From a virus (lineage: Duplodnaviria > Caudoviricetes), in IMG/VR virus record IMGVR_UViG_3300044538_000011, positions 1 to 38,270 of that record: a stretch of 38,270 nucleotides of DNA, one strand, 5' to 3'. The translations under genes and the position numbers were made by a program. Under the pieces are notes generated by a model. The model had not been told where the DNA came from. It saw nothing but the letters and a program-made list of their open reading frames with translations, and searched no databases. This document shows, one piece after another, positions 1-6,886 of this stretch (position 1 is the stretch's first letter; every line of letters begins with the position of its first letter).

Positions 1-70
1 CACCAGACACCACCACCGACCCAGAAGGAAAGTGGAACGTGGTCATGGTCTTGGAATGGAGGCAAAGAAA

Positions 71-229
71 ATGAGAAGTAAATTTGTTGCCCATTTCATG
101 GAATATTTTCTGCCAACGCTTGTCACAGCGGGGCTTATCGCATTAATGGTATTCGCGATAATAAGTGTGGTTGACAATAATTTTGGAAGGTTGCATGGAC
201 AGAATGGAGGTATCCAATATGAACGTTAG
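71..229 (+). CDS. Small single-pass membrane protein (allele 1)
   Basis: GGAGG RBS before ATG 71; hydrophobic LPTLVTAGLIALMVFAIISVV; conserved at 36487. Confidence 0.7.
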   Translation: MRSKFVAHFMEYFLPTLVTAGLIALMVFAIISVVDNNFGRLHGQNGGIQYER

Positions 230-1286
230 ATTCCGCCCGTCATCCGAAGCCTTATTCCATTTGTTTTTGGGGATTGCCGCAGTGGTGATTGTGCAAACCA
301 ATATATTCCAGTTTGTCTGGTCTTCTACACACAATGTGCCCGCAACCGTAGGTGTAATGCTGTTTGGATTAATTGAAATCATCATTGCATCACAAATGAT
401 GGTTGCGTTCCAACTGAGAAAACCATTTGCAATGATTATTTGGTCAACGCTGTTTGTCACGTTGTTTATGTTTCTTCTGGTCGCGGATTTATCGTTTTAC
501 GCCGGTGAATTCACCGAGAGACAAAAACAACTTGCGGAACAAACACCCGAAGCGCAGGCGGCGAAAGATGCAATTGCAGATGCGGAAAGGCTGATGGCGG
601 CCAACGCGCAGTATGCAAGTGTTGATGTCGGGGCTTGGGAAGCAAAAAGGGATGCAATCCAAGCACAGATTGATGCAAAGGAAAGCATCAAGTGTGGAAA
701 AAAGATGTACAGAGCATGTGAAAATCCCAAAGCCGTGGCAATCGGCGAGTTGCGGACCCAATTGGAGGAACCGCAAACGATGATCGCAGGACATGAAGCG
801 TATACAAATGCAGTGGATAAGAAGGAGGAGGCACAAGCGGCGTATGCAAAAGCGACATCTGTAGTGACCAATGCAGTGTCGGAGACGATGATCGGAAGTT
901 TCGGCGCGGCGGGTTTTCAGTGGGTTGCCAAGCTGTTGGGTTTGGATCAGATGACAGTACAGACCTATTTCTTTGGATTTATTGTGTTAATTCTTGGAAT
1001 CTGGTCGGTTTATGGGCCTTCAAAGTATTTTAGCGAGTACAGGAGGTATGAAAGACGGTATCGACGCGCAATGGAAAAACGGATTGACGGGGTAAGAGAA
1101 CCGATGACGGTTTCTATCCAAAACCCTCAAAGTTCGGCAGGCGTCGACTGGGCATCACAAATCCAGGCAATGCAAGACCAAATTGCGTCGTTGGGCAAGA
1201 TGCGGGAGGAATTGATGCCACTCCTTGCACCGCCAAGGATGGAGCCGGAGCCGGTGCCGATGGAGATTGCCGACCCAAAAACGTAG
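219..1286 (+). CDS. Multi-pass membrane protein with long coiled coil (allele 1)
   Basis: GGAGG at 206-210, ATG 219. Three N-terminal TM segments, Ala/Glu/Gln-rich coiled coil with a C-x7-C pair, a further TM segment, and a cytoplasmic tail. Confidence 0.85.
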   Translation: MNVRFRPSSEALFHLFLGIAAVVIVQTNIFQFVWSSTHNVPATVGVMLFGLIEIIIASQMMVAFQLRKPFAMIIWSTLFVTLFMFLLVADLSFYAGEFTERQKQLAEQTPEAQAAKDAIADAERLMAANAQYASVDVGAWEAKRDAIQAQIDAKESIKCGKKMYRACENPKAVAIGELRTQLEEPQTMIAGHEAYTNAVDKKEEAQAAYAKATSVVTNAVSETMIGSFGAAGFQWVAKLLGLDQMTVQTYFFGFIVLILGIWSVYGPSKYFSEYRRYERRYRRAMEKRIDGVREPMTVSIQNPQSSAGVDWASQIQAMQDQIASLGKMREELMPLLAPPRMEPEPVPMEIADPKT

Positions 1287-1307
1287 GCCACCCTACGGAC
1301 GGTAGGG
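1274..1307 (+). promoter_or_regulatory. Putative programmed -1 frameshift signal (C CCA AAA + CCCTAC/GTAGGG hairpin)
   Basis: X XXY YYZ heptamer in frame just before the stop. The -1 frame is open into the Zn-ribbon ORF. Conserved at 37687-37720. Confidence 0.7.
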
Positions 1308-1318
1308 AAGTTCCAGAG

Positions 1319-1507
1319 GTGGAGGTGGCCGATGTGGAGATCGCCACAATTATTCCCTTTACGGATAAAAGGGTAAAAGGGCAAACCTATAATTGTGCGA
1401 AGTGCGGTAAGGAGTACGTTGCTGTAAGCAAAATCCACAAACTTTGCACAGACTGTGGGAAAAAACGGGATGTAGAAGTGCGTGGGAAGTTGGGTATCAG
1501 AGAATGA
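1319..1507 (+). CDS. CxxC...CxxC zinc-ribbon domain (probably a frameshift extension of 219-1286)
   Basis: CAKCGKEY...LCTDCGKKR; lies in the -1 frame of the upstream gene. Confidence 0.75.
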   Translation: MEVADVEIATIIPFTDKRVKGQTYNCAKCGKEYVAVSKIHKLCTDCGKKRDVEVRGKLGIRE

Positions 1508-1511
1508 AAGT

Positions 1512-1543
1512 GCTATCGAAACGCAGGAAAACGTTTCGATAGC
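1512..1543. promoter_or_regulatory. Perfect 12-bp inverted repeat (hairpin/operator)
   Basis: GCTATCGAAACG-8nt-CGTTTCGATAGC; identical at 37956-37987; no U-tract. Confidence 0.6.
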
Positions 1544-1574
1544 TGATTATTAATCCAGGAAAAACAAGATAAAC

Positions 1575-1925
1575 ATGAACAACATACCAGGTTTGAAAGT
1601 ATTCGTCAAATTCCATCGCGGAACGTGGACCGCACGCTTGCAAGGTGTGCAGTTGACCCTAATCGGTACGGGTTACACGGCATGGGGTGCCATCGGGATT
1701 CTCTTTCAGAATGTGGAGTTATCCGTACAAGAAGGGGAACTTACTATCAATGAGGATTTTATTGAAATCCATGTCAATGGAAAAAATGGAAATTCCATGC
1801 CTTCCATGATTTCCACTCCTAGCGAGGATGGGGGCAGGACTTGTCCTCACGAGGACAACGACAGGCCATGTCCTCGTGAGGACATGGCATGGCAGAACAT
1901 CGCCAGAAGATTGGAATGGACTTGA
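1575..1925 (+). CDS. Hypothetical protein, HicB N-terminal-like; paralog of 34869-35111
   Basis: W-x-A...G-x-G-x-T-x-W-x-A pattern. The last ~45 aa run into the repeat array. Confidence 0.55.
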   Translation: MNNIPGLKVFVKFHRGTWTARLQGVQLTLIGTGYTAWGAIGILFQNVELSVQEGELTINEDFIEIHVNGKNGNSMPSMISTPSEDGGRTCPHEDNDRPCPREDMAWQNIARRLEWT

Positions 1926-2044
1926 GACAGGACTTGTCCTAGCGAGGACATGGGACAGGACATGTCCTCGCTAGGACATGGAATGGAATGGAATGGAATG
2001 ACAGGACATGTCCTCGCTAGGACAGGACATGGAATGGAATGGAA
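1817..2044. repeat. Array of six (TG)TCCT-N4-AGGA(CA) palindromes plus (TGGAA)n tracts
   Basis: Units at 1817, 1841, 1865, 1935, 1961, 2007; TGGAA runs at about 1979-2000 and 2030-2044. Confidence 0.9.
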
Positions 2045-2059
2045 GGATAGGAGATAAAA

Positions 2060-2359
2060 ATGCCAATCAAAAAGGAGAATCTGACCCGCTATCCAAAGAA
2101 CTGGAAGGATATTCGTAATAGAATCCTCCAGCGGGCTGACAACAAATGCGAGTTCTGTGGTGTGGAAAACTACGCGCTGGTTCAAAGAGAAGCGAAAGTG
2201 GTTAAGATTATCTTGACCATTGCGCATCTTGACCACACACCAGAGAACTGTAATCCAAACAACCTCCGTGCGCTTTGCCAGCAGTGCCATCTGCGGTACG
2301 ACGCTAGGCATCATGCAGAGACGCGGAGAAGTAATCAGAAACAAGGGGTGTTGATATGA
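2060..2359 (+). CDS. HNH endonuclease-like protein
   Basis: YPKNWKDIR..ILQRA..KCEFCG...LTIAHLDH.PEN...NL.ALCQQCHL; AGGAG RBS. Confidence 0.85.
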   Translation: MPIKKENLTRYPKNWKDIRNRILQRADNKCEFCGVENYALVQREAKVVKIILTIAHLDHTPENCNPNNLRALCQQCHLRYDARHHAETRRSNQKQGVLI

Positions 2360-2493
2360 TGGATGATCATCAAAAGCTAATCCAAGAAATTTTGGATTCC
2401 AAGAACATGACAGACGCTGAGAAGAAGAAGGCTATCGCAGAATTGCAGGCCCAAGCTGACGAGCGTCGTAAAGGTTTTAAACGCAAAACGTAA
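2356..2493 (+). CDS. Small hypothetical protein (45 aa, not in ORF track)
   Basis: ATGA overlap with HNH stop; MMDDHQKLIQEILDSKNMTDAEKKKAIAELQAQADERRKGFKRKT. Confidence 0.6.
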   Translation: MMDDHQKLIQEILDSKNMTDAEKKKAIAELQAQADERRKGFKRKT

Positions 2494-2505
2494 GAGGAAA
2501 CAAAC

Positions 2506-2697
2506 ATGGCACAAGACGAACAGGTAGAAATCCTGAGAAAGAAGCGAGAATTGCTTCTGAGGGAACGTGGGATTGAAGACGATGATGAACTGAGAGCGGC
2601 CTATCCATGGCCTGGGAGGGAAACTTGGCCGCAGTATTTTGAACGGACAAATGGTGGTACTGATGATAACATTCCGCATAAATCAAAAGTGGTTTAA
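2506..2697 (+). CDS. Small hypothetical protein
   Basis: GAGGA RBS before ATG; packed operon. Confidence 0.6.
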   Translation: MAQDEQVEILRKKRELLLRERGIEDDDELRAAYPWPGRETWPQYFERTNGGTDDNIPHKSKVV

Positions 2698-3211
2698 AGA
2701 AATCCAAAGCGGTGCAAAAAGGGAGGAGTACCGTGAGATTTCAATTCACAACACACGCCTACTAACAAGCCCAAATGGCAAGGCAAGCCAGACGTTGAGG
2801 TTTATTAATGGATACAAAAAAGGCACACCAGCAGATTCCGTTTTGTTTGTTGAATACCTGGGATACCACGTCGGTTTGCCAAATCCAGAATGGTGTGACC
2901 CAGAAATGGTCGGCAAGCAGTGCTATGTGTATGTGATTAGGCTAGGGAGGATGCTAGAACGCCCATTAGTTAGATGCGGCGTAAGGAAAATGAAGCAGAC
3001 GACGCTTTTCCCAAAGCCACACAAACCAAGACAAGTGCTAATGCACGTATCTGAAATAGGAATTGATGTCGCACGATTCTCGTGCAAGTGTGGTTTTGAA
3101 AGTGACTGGTTAATAGCGACAGAAACAGAAATAAGACGGGGCATTCCGTGCCCCGTTTGCAACGGCCTTCCCATTGAAGACTATGCCGATGTGGAAGACT
3201 TAACCAACTGA
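2663..3211 (+). CDS. ASCH/PUA-like domain protein with C-terminal Zn-ribbon segment
   Basis: KWFKEIQSGAKREEYRE...LRFINGY is an ASCH-like signature; C-terminal CKCG...CPVC. Start codon uncertain. Confidence 0.75.
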   Translation: MITFRINQKWFKEIQSGAKREEYREISIHNTRLLTSPNGKASQTLRFINGYKKGTPADSVLFVEYLGYHVGLPNPEWCDPEMVGKQCYVYVIRLGRMLERPLVRCGVRKMKQTTLFPKPHKPRQVLMHVSEIGIDVARFSCKCGFESDWLIATETEIRRGIPCPVCNGLPIEDYADVEDLTN

Positions 3212-3223
3212 CAAAGGTGAACT

Positions 3224-3457
3224 ATGTTAATCGAAACCCTATTAACTGCAAACCTAATTTGCAGTGCCGACCAATACCGTCGGGTCATTGTTGACAACGA
3301 CGGGCAAGTGATTTCACAGCAATGTGTAACCGAATTTTGGGATTGTCCAGTTGGACTGGAAATGAGCAAATTCCAAATCTCCGCAGATGGGAACGGAGAT
3401 TATTACTATTGCAGGCCAGAGGATGGACTGATTCCAGATAGGGATGATAAAACTTAA
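3224..3457 (+). CDS. Hypothetical Cys-containing protein
   Basis: AAGGTG RBS, ATG; stop converges on the terL stop. Confidence 0.6.
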   Translation: MLIETLLTANLICSADQYRRVIVDNDGQVISQQCVTEFWDCPVGLEMSKFQISADGNGDYYYCRPEDGLIPDRDDKT

Positions 3458-3464
3458 ACTAGAA

Positions 3465-5318
3465 TCACCACCTCTTAACGAATCCGCCACCTCGCCGAAC
3501 TTTGGTTCTTGGTGAGGGGGCGGATTTTTTTTGTGGGACGATAAATTTGTTATCGGGTTGCGCAACCGTTACATCATCCCTAACAGTAATTGGTTCCCCC
3601 AATTTTGCCGCGCAAGCCTTCCAACGTGGGGCCAGAATGTACATGGCCGCTGTTGCGTATACGCGACAATCCAATGCTTCGTTTCGTGACCCGCGTGGCA
3701 AGATGAAACGACGCACGGGTAGCCCACCCACATTCTTGATGACATGCTTTTCGGATGTCAGTTGTTTAAACCATTCGTCGGTGTAAGTCTTTGGGAAATG
3801 ACACATTTCAGACTGCTTCAGGCGTGAGTAGATTAACGACTTGGCCTCATCTACACCCACTCTCGCCAGGTACGGGGTGGCCCCAAACTTTCTATTAGAT
3901 ACAACAACAATCGGGCGTCCACTTCCTGCAACACCCTTGGCCGCAAATATTTTCTTAAAGATGCGCGCTTTGCAGAAGGCATAAACTTTCTGGGTTGCGT
4001 AACCGCTGTCGACGCACGTACAAGCGATGGGCAGTTCATGTCCAGATTCGTGTGTCCAGGTCGTCGCGAGATAACCATCCAGTTCATTCCAAATCTCAAG
4101 CCTGGATGTGTCACCGTAAAGGACTTTGTGTTCAATTCCCCACGATACTTCACCCAGCCCCCAGCCGACCACTTCTATTTCAAGTCGGTCCGTCTGGACA
4201 TCGACGCCCGCCGTCAAGACAACGGCCTGCATCGGCACCGGTGCCGAATAAGTTTCCCGCTTAAATTCCACATCGCCGACGGATTCTCCAATTTCGTCAT
4301 CAAAAGATTCCCCAATGAATGTGTTGAAGAATACTTTAAGGCTCTGATGACCCTCACGCTTTGCATCCAGGAATGCAGAAACAATTTTGGATAGACGGGC
4401 GCCTGGGAAGGGACTGTATAAAGCATTGATATGGAAACCTACTTTGCCATTAAACTTTTTGCTTGCACGCCATTGCCCAGACTTAATCATGTCAGGCCGA
4501 TGCGCGTCCGTGATGTGGCCCCTACATTTTGGGCAGACATAGTGTGCAGTGCTGACATCGTTTTCTTTCCATCGCACGTTTGCCCATTCCAATGTCTGGA
4601 AGGCGCCGCAGTGTGGGCATGGAACATGGAAAAATCGCTGGTCAGTATCCTCAAATAAAGTGTCAATTGCCGATGCGCCCTTTATCGTGGGAGTAGAACC
4701 GTAAAGGACTTTTCTATTCCAGAATGTCTCGGTACGTTTCATGCCCAGGCGAATTGGGCTACCTTCCGTGCCCGCACTGGTTTTATACCTGTCGATTTCG
4801 TCGAATAACAGGACGCGGATTGGGCGTGATGCAAGCGAAGCGGGGGAATTGGCACCCGCAATGGTGAGGTGTCCACCTGGGAAAGTTTTATGCAGAATTG
4901 TATTGCCACTATTGCGAGATTTAGGGTCGGCAATGCGTTCGGTCAGCACGGGCGTGTCTCTTACCGTGGGGGCGAAACGGTCCTTCGACCATGCCTCTGC
5001 CATCTCCAACGTGGGTTGAATGAGTAGGATTGGGGACGGGTCTTGATGAATATAGTAACCAATAATATTCATAAGCATTTCAGTCCACCCTACCTGGCTA
5101 CTTTTTCTAAAAACAATTTCCTCAACAAGTGGGTCGTTGAGTGCATCCATGATGCCCTGCTGGAATGGAACGCGGGAAGTGTGCCATCGCCCAGGTTCTG
5201 CCGAATACTCAGGCGAAAGGTAACGATAACTGTCTGACCATGTACTAACCGTGAGCCGTGGGGGCGGCTTCCAAAGTTTCTGGACTCGTTGTTGGATTTG
5301 GTTCAGTAAGTCGTTCAT
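3465..5318 (-). CDS. terL: Terminase large subunit, lambda gpA family
   Basis: KSSQVGWTE Walker A, VLLFDEID Walker B, CPHCG...CPKC, GVDVQ.DR nuclease motif, RNEALDC.VYA. Confidence 0.97.
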   Translation of the reverse strand: MNDLLNQIQQRVQKLWKPPPRLTVSTWSDSYRYLSPEYSAEPGRWHTSRVPFQQGIMDALNDPLVEEIVFRKSSQVGWTEMLMNIIGYYIHQDPSPILLIQPTLEMAEAWSKDRFAPTVRDTPVLTERIADPKSRNSGNTILHKTFPGGHLTIAGANSPASLASRPIRVLLFDEIDRYKTSAGTEGSPIRLGMKRTETFWNRKVLYGSTPTIKGASAIDTLFEDTDQRFFHVPCPHCGAFQTLEWANVRWKENDVSTAHYVCPKCRGHITDAHRPDMIKSGQWRASKKFNGKVGFHINALYSPFPGARLSKIVSAFLDAKREGHQSLKVFFNTFIGESFDDEIGESVGDVEFKRETYSAPVPMQAVVLTAGVDVQTDRLEIEVVGWGLGEVSWGIEHKVLYGDTSRLEIWNELDGYLATTWTHESGHELPIACTCVDSGYATQKVYAFCKARIFKKIFAAKGVAGSGRPIVVVSNRKFGATPYLARVGVDEAKSLIYSRLKQSEMCHFPKTYTDEWFKQLTSEKHVIKNVGGLPVRRFILPRGSRNEALDCRVYATAAMYILAPRWKACAAKLGEPITVRDDVTVAQPDNKFIVPQKKSAPSPRTKVRRGGGFVKRW

Positions 5319-5748
5319 TGGCTAGTTCATGGAGTGCTTCTTCTATATAGTTTTGTAGCAAAAGTTGTGCTGTTTCAAGCGGTTGACTGATGACAAGTGG
5401 GGCGATTTTGGTTGGGAGTGACAAGAATTTGGCACGGGCGGCAGCAATTTGCTTGGCCCAGGCGTCGGAAACGGCGTCGGCATTGAGGAGTTGGCCACGC
5501 ATTTCGAGTACTTTGAGTTCCTCTTTATCGGCCTGCGCCTTGGTGAGCCGTGCCTTTTCGGTGTAGTAATCTGAGGAATTGGAAGATTTTGCACGGGCAA
5601 CTAACCAATTGTATACTGCAATGGTATCATATTCATTGTCTTTTCCTGGTCCACCTGCTTTAAAGGGTAGACCCGCGGATTGGTAGGTGGTTAGGGTGCG
5701 CTCGGTGATACCAAAAATTTCGGCAAGGTGTTTCTTGTTGCATTGCAT
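5245..5748 (-). CDS. terS: Terminase small subunit, Nu1 family
   Basis: NKKHLAEIFGITERTLTTYQ..GLP winged HTH and EKARLTKAQAD coiled coil; directly upstream of terL. Confidence 0.93.
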   Translation of the reverse strand: MQCNKKHLAEIFGITERTLTTYQSAGLPFKAGGPGKDNEYDTIAVYNWLVARAKSSNSSDYYTEKARLTKAQADKEELKVLEMRGQLLNADAVSDAWAKQIAAARAKFLSLPTKIAPLVISQPLETAQLLLQNYIEEALHELANERLTEPNPTTSPETLEAAPTAHG

Positions 5749-5751
5749 AAG

Positions 5752-6678
5752 CTACGACCACAAAATGAACCCCAGACCATGTGCATGTATCTGCATGGTG
5801 TTAAGGGATTTGCAGGATATGCGCATTGTTTCGCCCGTGGTTATCACGTCGTCCAGTACATAAACAACACGTCCTATAAATTTTTCTATTCCAACCGCGG
5901 TAACAATTTTAAGTGGATGTTTGACCCCTCGCCCTCGCCCGGTCTTTTCCCATGGTTCAAACAACTGGACAAATTCTATCCCGATATGTTTGGCAACATT
6001 TTGACAGACAATGTCCATCGGGTGCAGTCTATCCAAGTGCCTTTTACTCTTTGGTGGTTGCGTGATTGCGTGTATGCAACCTGGGTTATTTTTCTCAAAA
6101 AATTCTATGAACTTAGGTGTAGCATATTCTGCAAAAGCCTGCGGGTCGGTGTCTTTCCAGTTCACCAAATCGGCCAGGGTGATTGGATTGATGTAACGCT
6201 TTAGTGAAAGTGCGAAGGAACAAAGTCCAATCCGTTTCAAATGGAAGGGGCCCTTGCCTTTTTCATTGCTTATTTCAATGGAATCATCTTTTTCTTCTTG
6301 TAACTCTTGACCAGGAAAAAGCAAAAATGGTTTAATTATCTTGATAGGTTTTTGTGATTTTCTTGCCCTCTTAATTGTGTCCCAGGTGCCGCCTGTTTCT
6401 TTTTCAGTAAAGGCGACGATTAAATCAGAATGGTTAACTATCTCTTGGTTTCTTTGATAGTATGCTTGTGTGTAATCGTGTCGGGCACGGCACTGACTTG
6501 TATCTGGCAGAAACTCAATGTAGTTTAGGCCATATCTGCTGGCCATTTCTTTAGCCATCGCGTCGACGCCCTTTGCACCCCCGCTAACTATTGTGGTATT
6601 TAGGGGTAGATCGCGGATAAATTGTTCAACAAGGTTGAGTTGTGGGAATTCGCGTGAACCTACGATACCTATTTTCAT
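5752..6678 (-). CDS. SLOG (YspA/DprA-like) domain fused to a type I phosphoribosyltransferase domain
   Basis: IVGSREF, IVSGGAKGVD, RNQEIV, GGTWDTI (SLOG); VYVLDDVITTGET (PRPP-binding loop). Confidence 0.85.
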   Translation of the reverse strand: MKIGIVGSREFPQLNLVEQFIRDLPLNTTIVSGGAKGVDAMAKEMASRYGLNYIEFLPDTSQCRARHDYTQAYYQRNQEIVNHSDLIVAFTEKETGGTWDTIKRARKSQKPIKIIKPFLLFPGQELQEEKDDSIEISNEKGKGPFHLKRIGLCSFALSLKRYINPITLADLVNWKDTDPQAFAEYATPKFIEFFEKNNPGCIHAITQPPKSKRHLDRLHPMDIVCQNVAKHIGIEFVQLFEPWEKTGRGRGVKHPLKIVTAVGIEKFIGRVVYVLDDVITTGETMRISCKSLNTMQIHAHGLGFILWS

Positions 6679-6772
6679 AAATCTTTTAATCCTTTATTAT
6701 CAACACAGTATGAATGCAACGGCCACCTTGTAAGGAAAGCCTGGTGAGTTTTTTTGGCTAGAAAATTTTCTC

Positions 6773-6816
6773 AGGTCTGCTCCGTCCCGCCCTTAAAAGC
6801 CAAGAAAGGACCCGTA
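6773..6816 (-). other. Lambda-like cos site (cosQ + candidate cosN)
   Basis: Minus strand reads TACGGGTCCTTTC (cosQ GGGTCCT at 6807-6813), then CGGAGCAGACCT (6773-6784), against lambda TACGGGTCCTTTC...GGGCGGCGACCT. Oriented toward terS. Confidence 0.8.
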
Positions 6817-6837
6817 CAAATTTTTTCGTGCTATTTA

Positions 6838-6876
6838 TTGTAAATAAAAATAATTATCATTTATATTATCATTCTC
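6838..6876 (+). promoter_or_regulatory. AT-rich candidate promoter (TTGTAA-18-TATATT) overlapping Fur-box-like ATTATCATT x2
   Basis: ATTATCATT at 6853 and 6865; lies just upstream of the head operon. Confidence 0.4.
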
Positions 6877-6886
6877 AAATAAAATT

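Larger units (their letters stand above)
1..1824 (+). repeat. Long diverged direct repeat, copy 1
   Basis: Aligns with 36417-38270. The first 126 bp and last 127 bp are identical; the interior has many substitutions and small indels. Confidence 0.97.

Noticed and set aside
1817-2044. CRISPR array
   Set aside because: Units are short palindromes in mixed orientation with irregular, repetitive gaps; no unique spacers and no cas genes.
3440-6886. Recombinase-driven invertible (phase-variable) packaging segment
   Set aside because: Only a 7-bp ATGATAA/TTATCAT match is visible near the boundaries, in AT-rich DNA. That is not enough to call inversion sites.
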